Positions 5,773-8,565 of a DNA stretch of 8,565 nt are shown in pieces (the stretch's first letter is position 1; each line of letters opens with the position of its first letter). The position numbers and the translations under genes are program-made. A model generated the notes under the pieces. That model was not told the DNA's origin, did no database searches, and was given only the letters and a program-made list of their open reading frames with translations. Origin of the DNA: Nitrososphaerota archaeon (lineage in GTDB: Archaea > Thermoproteota > Nitrososphaeria_A > Caldarchaeales > Calditenuaceae); NCBI GenBank assembly GCA_038741355.1, contig JAVYLC010000057.1, forward strand, positions 1 through 8,565. The letters run 5' to 3'.

Positions 5773-5978
5773 GGCTCTGTTAACTTAAGACATCTCCGTC
5801 ACCCCCTTATGCTCCTCATCAGGCGTAGCGTCTCTGGAGCCCTAGAGGCAGACCTGAAGCTCAAGCCAGGCGAGACCAAGTAAAGCCCGTAGAGGACAGC
5901 AGGTAAAGCCGTCCTCTGCCTAACAAACATGATTAAACAACCGTAGCCCTAGGCCAAAGGCCTTAAGTTAACAGAGCC
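5773..5978. mobile_element. 206-bp MITE-like non-autonomous element with 17-bp perfect terminal inverted repeats
   Basis: ggctctgttaacttaag (5773-5789) is the exact reverse complement of cttaagttaacagagcc (5962-5978). The element is flanked by the direct repeat agctacgtg. It has no ORF longer than ~25 codons and contains an internal hairpin agaggac/gtcctct (5891-5897/5911-5917). Confidence 0.75.
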
Positions 5979-5987
5979 AGCTACGTG
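5979..5987. repeat. right copy of 9-bp target-site duplication (agctacgtg)
   Basis: See the left copy. These are direct, not inverted, repeats adjacent to the TIRs. Confidence 0.75.
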
Positions 5988-6169
5988 AACGTGTATAAAA
6001 ATCTATATATTCGGGAGCTGCTGTCCGATCCAAACTCGGAAGCCGACAGAGATATTTCTCTCGGACCGCTTGGTAGCAAAATGAAGAACGAGAGAGCTGC
6101 GACTACTGCTATCATGGCAACGACTATGATGACAGCGGTTAACTTTGACAAAGCTACGGGCCGGCTCAT
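5981..6169 (-). pseudogene. 5' fragment of a membrane-anchored protein gene, probably the N-terminus of the cupredoxin-like gene
   Basis: MSRPVALSKLTAVIIVVAMIAVVAALSFFILLPSGPREISLSASEFG.. has an N-terminal anchor helix, then the start of an extracellular beta strand. After about residue 54 the ORF runs into AT-rich element DNA and stops in the MITE target duplication. A TATA box lies about 30 nt upstream of ATG 6167-6169. Confidence 0.4.
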
Positions 6170-6195
6170 ACTCGTGGGGTCGGCACATTGGCTTG

Positions 6196-6202
6196 TATAA
6201 AT
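6196..6202 (-). promoter_or_regulatory. TATA box for the truncated membrane-protein gene
   Basis: Minus-strand atttata is centred about 30 nt upstream of ATG 6169. Confidence 0.4.
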
Positions 6203-6312
6203 GGCGAGTATGCTCAGATTGTTGTTGCAGCCACTCCCAAGACGGATGATTACGCCTTATCTGTTAGGCTGTAAGGGAGAAGCAAGTCCGATATTTTAGC
6301 GAGCAGTGCCCG

Positions 6313-6735
6313 CTATATTTCACTTAGGTGTTTGACGTAGTCTGTTGACACTTTAATGACTACCTGCTCGTCGGCTGTGTAGAGTGTTGCACCCTCCATT
6401 TCAGCTAAAGCAACATAGGCCCCGTCATAGACTGTGATCCCAGCTTCATAAGCCGTCTCGATGGCATTTGTAGCCAGCTCACCCTTGAAGTCATACACCC
6501 TGAAAGCAAGGTCTTCCAGTGCTTTCAGAGCGGCTTTGACCTCCTTCACCCCAAACCTTGGATTATATCGGAGAGCATTTGCCACCTCGTAGAATAATAG
6601 GCTTGGAGCTATTAGCTCAACCTCGCCATCAACGTATTTCTTCAAGATCACATGGGCCTTGTCGCTAAGTTTCTCGGCTGAAAACCATTTAACCGCTACG
6701 CTTGCGTCAAGTACGAGAACCTTCTCCTCCTCCAA
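6313..6735 (-). CDS. vapC: PIN-domain ribonuclease toxin VapC
   Basis: The conserved acidic residues have PIN spacing: VLVLDASV (D10), LFYEVANAL (E50), VYDGAYVALA, YTADEQ. The only available start is TTG 6733-6735, preceded by gaggaggt 6-13 nt upstream (Shine-Dalgarno-like). Confidence 0.9.
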   Translation of the reverse strand: MEEEKVLVLDASVAVKWFSAEKLSDKAHVILKKYVDGEVELIAPSLLFYEVANALRYNPRFGVKEVKAALKALEDLAFRVYDFKGELATNAIETAYEAGITVYDGAYVALAEMEGATLYTADEQVVIKVSTDYVKHLSEI

Positions 6736-6974
6736 CTTATAACCTCCTCACCCCCAACCCAGTCAGCTCCCTGAGAAAGCTTTGCAAGCGCCTCGATAAC
6801 CTCTACAGCCCTCCGCACGGCCTCAGGGTCTCTAGCAGTCCTTACTTTCCTCTCCTCCTCCTCAACAACCTTCTCCACATATCTCCTCAGCAATTCGCTC
6901 CAGTTAATGTGGCGAAGCCTATCCATTCGGGACTTCAATTTTTTATCTATCCTAAAACTTACGACGACCGTCAC
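6696..6974 (-). CDS. vapB: ribbon-helix-helix (CopG-like) antitoxin, VapB-type
   Basis: VVVSFRIDKKLKSRMDRLRHINWSELLRRYVEKVV gives a beta strand plus two helices. The gene lies directly upstream of vapC and overlaps it by 40 nt. GTG start at 6972-6974. Confidence 0.75.
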   Translation of the reverse strand: MTVVVSFRIDKKLKSRMDRLRHINWSELLRRYVEKVVEEEERKVRTARDPEAVRRAVEVIEALAKLSQGADWVGGEEVISWRRRRFSYLTQA

Positions 6975-6981
6975 ATTGGAT

Positions 6982-7010
6982 GTATTACATATGAGTTTTA
7001 TAAGTATTAC
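6982..7010 (-). promoter_or_regulatory. vapBC promoter: TATA box flanked by two 7-bp direct repeats (candidate antitoxin operator)
   Basis: ttttataag (6996-7004) is centred about 26 nt upstream of GTG 6974. gtattac occurs at 6982-6988 and 7004-7010, 22 bp apart, bracketing the TATA box. Confidence 0.4.
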
Positions 7011-7072
7011 GGTATCCGCTCTGCTATCAAGCAGGATAACAGGTTATTTCAGATCTCGGCCGATACTTCTCC

Positions 7073-7939
7073 TCAGTAATCGAAGATACGGGTTGGAGTG
7101 GCGTAGAAGTGTCTGTATATTCTTTCTAGGTCGTATCGTGCGCTTAAGATTCTTTTAGCCTTGTTAATGTGCTGGACAGCCCTACCCCTCTCCAACGTGT
7201 CGACAAATTCTGCGACGAAGTCACTGTATTTTTTGAATAGTTTTATCGCTTCGCGATTGGCCATCGGATACCCCGTGTAGAACTCGATGGGCTCTAGGAG
7301 ACTGATCGAGATCAGCGCTAAAAGAGCCTCTAAACTCTTTGTCATCACCTTTACAGGTGTCATTCTTGAAAGTAGGTGAGCGGATGAGATTCCTATGAAG
7401 TGTGTAAAGGAGAGGGCCGCGAGCATAGCTTTATCGTGTTCGGGCCACGTCATTCTATAGATCGTCGTTCTAGGTAGCAGTCTCCTCACAACCATATCCT
7501 CGGCCCTACTCGCTCTACCTACGTGGATTGTAATGGTATCTCTATCATCCTTCTGCCCGGGCCCGAAGAGGGGGTGTATAGAGGCTACAACGTGCCCCCT
7601 CTTCCTCGCATAGATAACCTTCCTCCATATGGGCTTCTTGAAGGAGGATATCTCCACTATCCTGAGCCTCCGCTTCTTACTTTTAGAAAGACGGTCTAAA
7701 ACCTCTGCCATCGCGCCGATTGGCAGTGCGAGGACTATAGGGCTGTCCTGTGTGACCTCGTTCAGAGAGTTTATGACTCGCCCACCCACCCTTTCTGCTA
7801 CCTCGACAGCCCTCTTTCTATCTTGGTCTAGGAGCAGAAGATCTGCGCGTCTATCAGCTAAGCTCTCTGCAAACCACGAGCCCATCCTGCCACAACCAAT
7901 TATTGTAAACCTCACTTCTAGTTCTCTCGTACGCGTCAT
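7073..7939 (-). CDS. tyrA: prephenate dehydrogenase
   Basis: Rossmann motif FTIIGCGRMGSWFAESL, then EISSFKKP, ASIHPLFGPG and PEHDKAMLAALSFTHFI, matching TyrA-family signatures. I place the start at ATG 7937-7939 (MTRTRELEVRF..). The track ORF extends to a TTG at 8041 through a non-conserved-looking leader. Confidence 0.8.
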   Translation of the reverse strand: MTRTRELEVRFTIIGCGRMGSWFAESLADRRADLLLLDQDRKRAVEVAERVGGRVINSLNEVTQDSPIVLALPIGAMAEVLDRLSKSKKRRLRIVEISSFKKPIWRKVIYARKRGHVVASIHPLFGPGQKDDRDTITIHVGRASRAEDMVVRRLLPRTTIYRMTWPEHDKAMLAALSFTHFIGISSAHLLSRMTPVKVMTKSLEALLALISISLLEPIEFYTGYPMANREAIKLFKKYSDFVAEFVDTLERGRAVQHINKAKRILSARYDLERIYRHFYATPTRIFDY

Positions 7940-8104
7940 GCTATTGAATTTTTCTCCGAAGTAGATGTAAGGGTTACGAGTGTGTCGAGGAGACTGTAAA
8001 GGGTCTCCACATAGACGCGGAAGCCTAAAAGACCTATACAAGGTTGAGGCGGTGCCCGAGATAGGTTAAGTCCTGACGGCCGTCACCAAAACTCTAGCAC
8101 AGTG

Positions 8105-8458
8105 CTACTTCATCAGCGCCCTCACCGGTCTCAGCTCCCTTTTAAGGGGGTCGAAGACGAGCCCGAATATTTCAAGCGTTACAGTCCCTAGGAGGTTCTC
8201 GTCTTCAGCCTCGCCAAGAAGAACAGGTGTATGGTATTCGCCGAAGCCTGGAATTTCTATCTGGGCCTCTGAAAGCTGCCTCCTTATTATAGAGCCATCC
8301 GCAAGGATTAACTCTACCTCCCTCTTAGGGGTGAGGCCGAGCTCTCGCCAAACATCTTGCCGTAAAGTGGTGTATGTCGCTCCAGAGTCAATGAGAAGGT
8401 TCACTCTTGCCTCCCTGCCCCCAGCCCTGACATAAGCCTCGACATAAACTAGACCCAT
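8105..8458 (-). CDS. retropepsin-like (clan AA) aspartic protease, archaeal AF_0612-type
   Basis: MGLVYVEAYV...VNLLIDSGATYTTL carries the D-S-G-A active-site motif. It is followed by LILADGS and LLGTVTLEIFGLVFDP. The start is chosen at ATG 8456-8458, with GTG 8494 as an alternative. Confidence 0.8.
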   Translation of the reverse strand: MGLVYVEAYVRAGGREARVNLLIDSGATYTTLRQDVWRELGLTPKREVELILADGSIIRRQLSEAQIEIPGFGEYHTPVLLGEAEDENLLGTVTLEIFGLVFDPLKRELRPVRALMK

Positions 8459-8487
8459 CCCCAAAAATACATGAAGAGTTATGGGGC

Positions 8488-8565
8488 CTAGCACGGTAGG
8501 GCGTCGGCCTCATTCTCGGACAGACGGTATTCACCTACGAGCAGGTTGTGGAAGCAGTCATACGG
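8488..8565 (-). CDS. 3' end of an unidentified gene truncated by the right window edge
   Basis: The minus frame is open from the edge: PYDCFHNLLVGEYRLSENEADALPC-stop, with TAG at 8488-8490. It ends 29 nt upstream of the protease ATG. There is too little sequence to call a function. Confidence 0.3.
   Translation of the reverse strand, partial: PYDCFHNLLVGEYRLSENEADALPC

Larger units (their letters stand above)
4756..6006 (-). mobile_element. composite insertion: tnpB-only IS200/IS605-like remnant carrying a nested MITE, bounded by a 9-bp inverted repeat
   Basis: atagatttt (4756-4764) is the exact reverse complement of aaaatctat (5998-6006). Everything between them is tnpB remnant, MITE or AT-rich non-coding DNA. 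The two halves of a putative cupredoxin-like gene lie immediately outside. The exact element ends are uncertain. Confidence 0.4.

Noticed and set aside
5985-6200. Plus ORF 5985..6200 and minus ORF 6003..6188
   Set aside because: They overlap the minus ORF 5981..6169, which has a convincing anchor helix and a correctly spaced TATA box. These alternatives have no supporting signals.
6702-7158. Plus-strand ORFs 6702..7079 and 6907..7158
   Set aside because: They are antisense to vapB/vapC and the tyrA 3' end, with Pro/Leu/Ser-rich shadow composition.
7629-7964. Plus-strand ORF inside tyrA
   Set aside because: It is an antisense shadow of a recognisable prephenate dehydrogenase gene.
7940-8041. 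N-terminal extension of tyrA to the TTG at 8039-8041
   Set aside because: The 34 extra residues (MYRSFRLPRLCGDPLQSPRHTRNP..) precede the Rossmann fold and look non-conserved. ATG 7937-7939 gives a normal-length enzyme. The shorter form remains unverified.
1-8565. Search for CRISPR arrays, rRNA genes or a second copy of the tRNA 3' half (att repeat)
   Set aside because: I found no regularly spaced direct repeats, no rRNA-like sequence and no second occurrence of ggttcaaatccctccgggccc by eye. A computational repeat search is still advisable.

Overview
This window looks archaeal, most likely from a hyperthermophilic crenarchaeon (Thermoprotei). Three things point that way: TATA-like boxes sit 25-30 nt upstream of many start codons (leaderless architecture), a tRNA carries a non-canonical intron, and the Fe/Mn superoxide dismutase has the glycine-rich PPGKGGGKPGGG insert I recall from crenarchaeal SODs. 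Housekeeping genes, all on the minus strand, are a CHRD-domain secreted or anchored protein, a sucC-like succinyl-CoA ligase beta subunit with no adjacent sucD, an Fe/Mn SOD, a vapBC toxin-antitoxin pair, prephenate dehydrogenase and a retropepsin-like aspartic protease. Mobile-DNA scars lie between them. At the left edge is a possible IS110-like transposase C-terminus followed by a GC-rich stem-loop. Next comes tRNA-Lys(CUU), split by a 31-nt D-arm intron, with an antisense ORF reading into its 3' half that resembles the intN remnant of an SSV-type integrase. About 600 bp of decayed non-coding DNA follows. Further right is a degraded tnpB (IS200/IS605 family) with an internal deletion and a frameshift. 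Beside it is a clean 206-bp MITE-like element with 17-bp terminal inverted repeats and a 9-bp target-site duplication. The tnpB remnant and MITE together appear to split a membrane-anchored cupredoxin-like gene. I saw no CRISPR array, no rRNA and no obvious novel multi-gene defence system. The most unusual content is the nested mobile-element scar and the tRNA-associated relic. All homology calls are from reading the translations by eye, not from searches.
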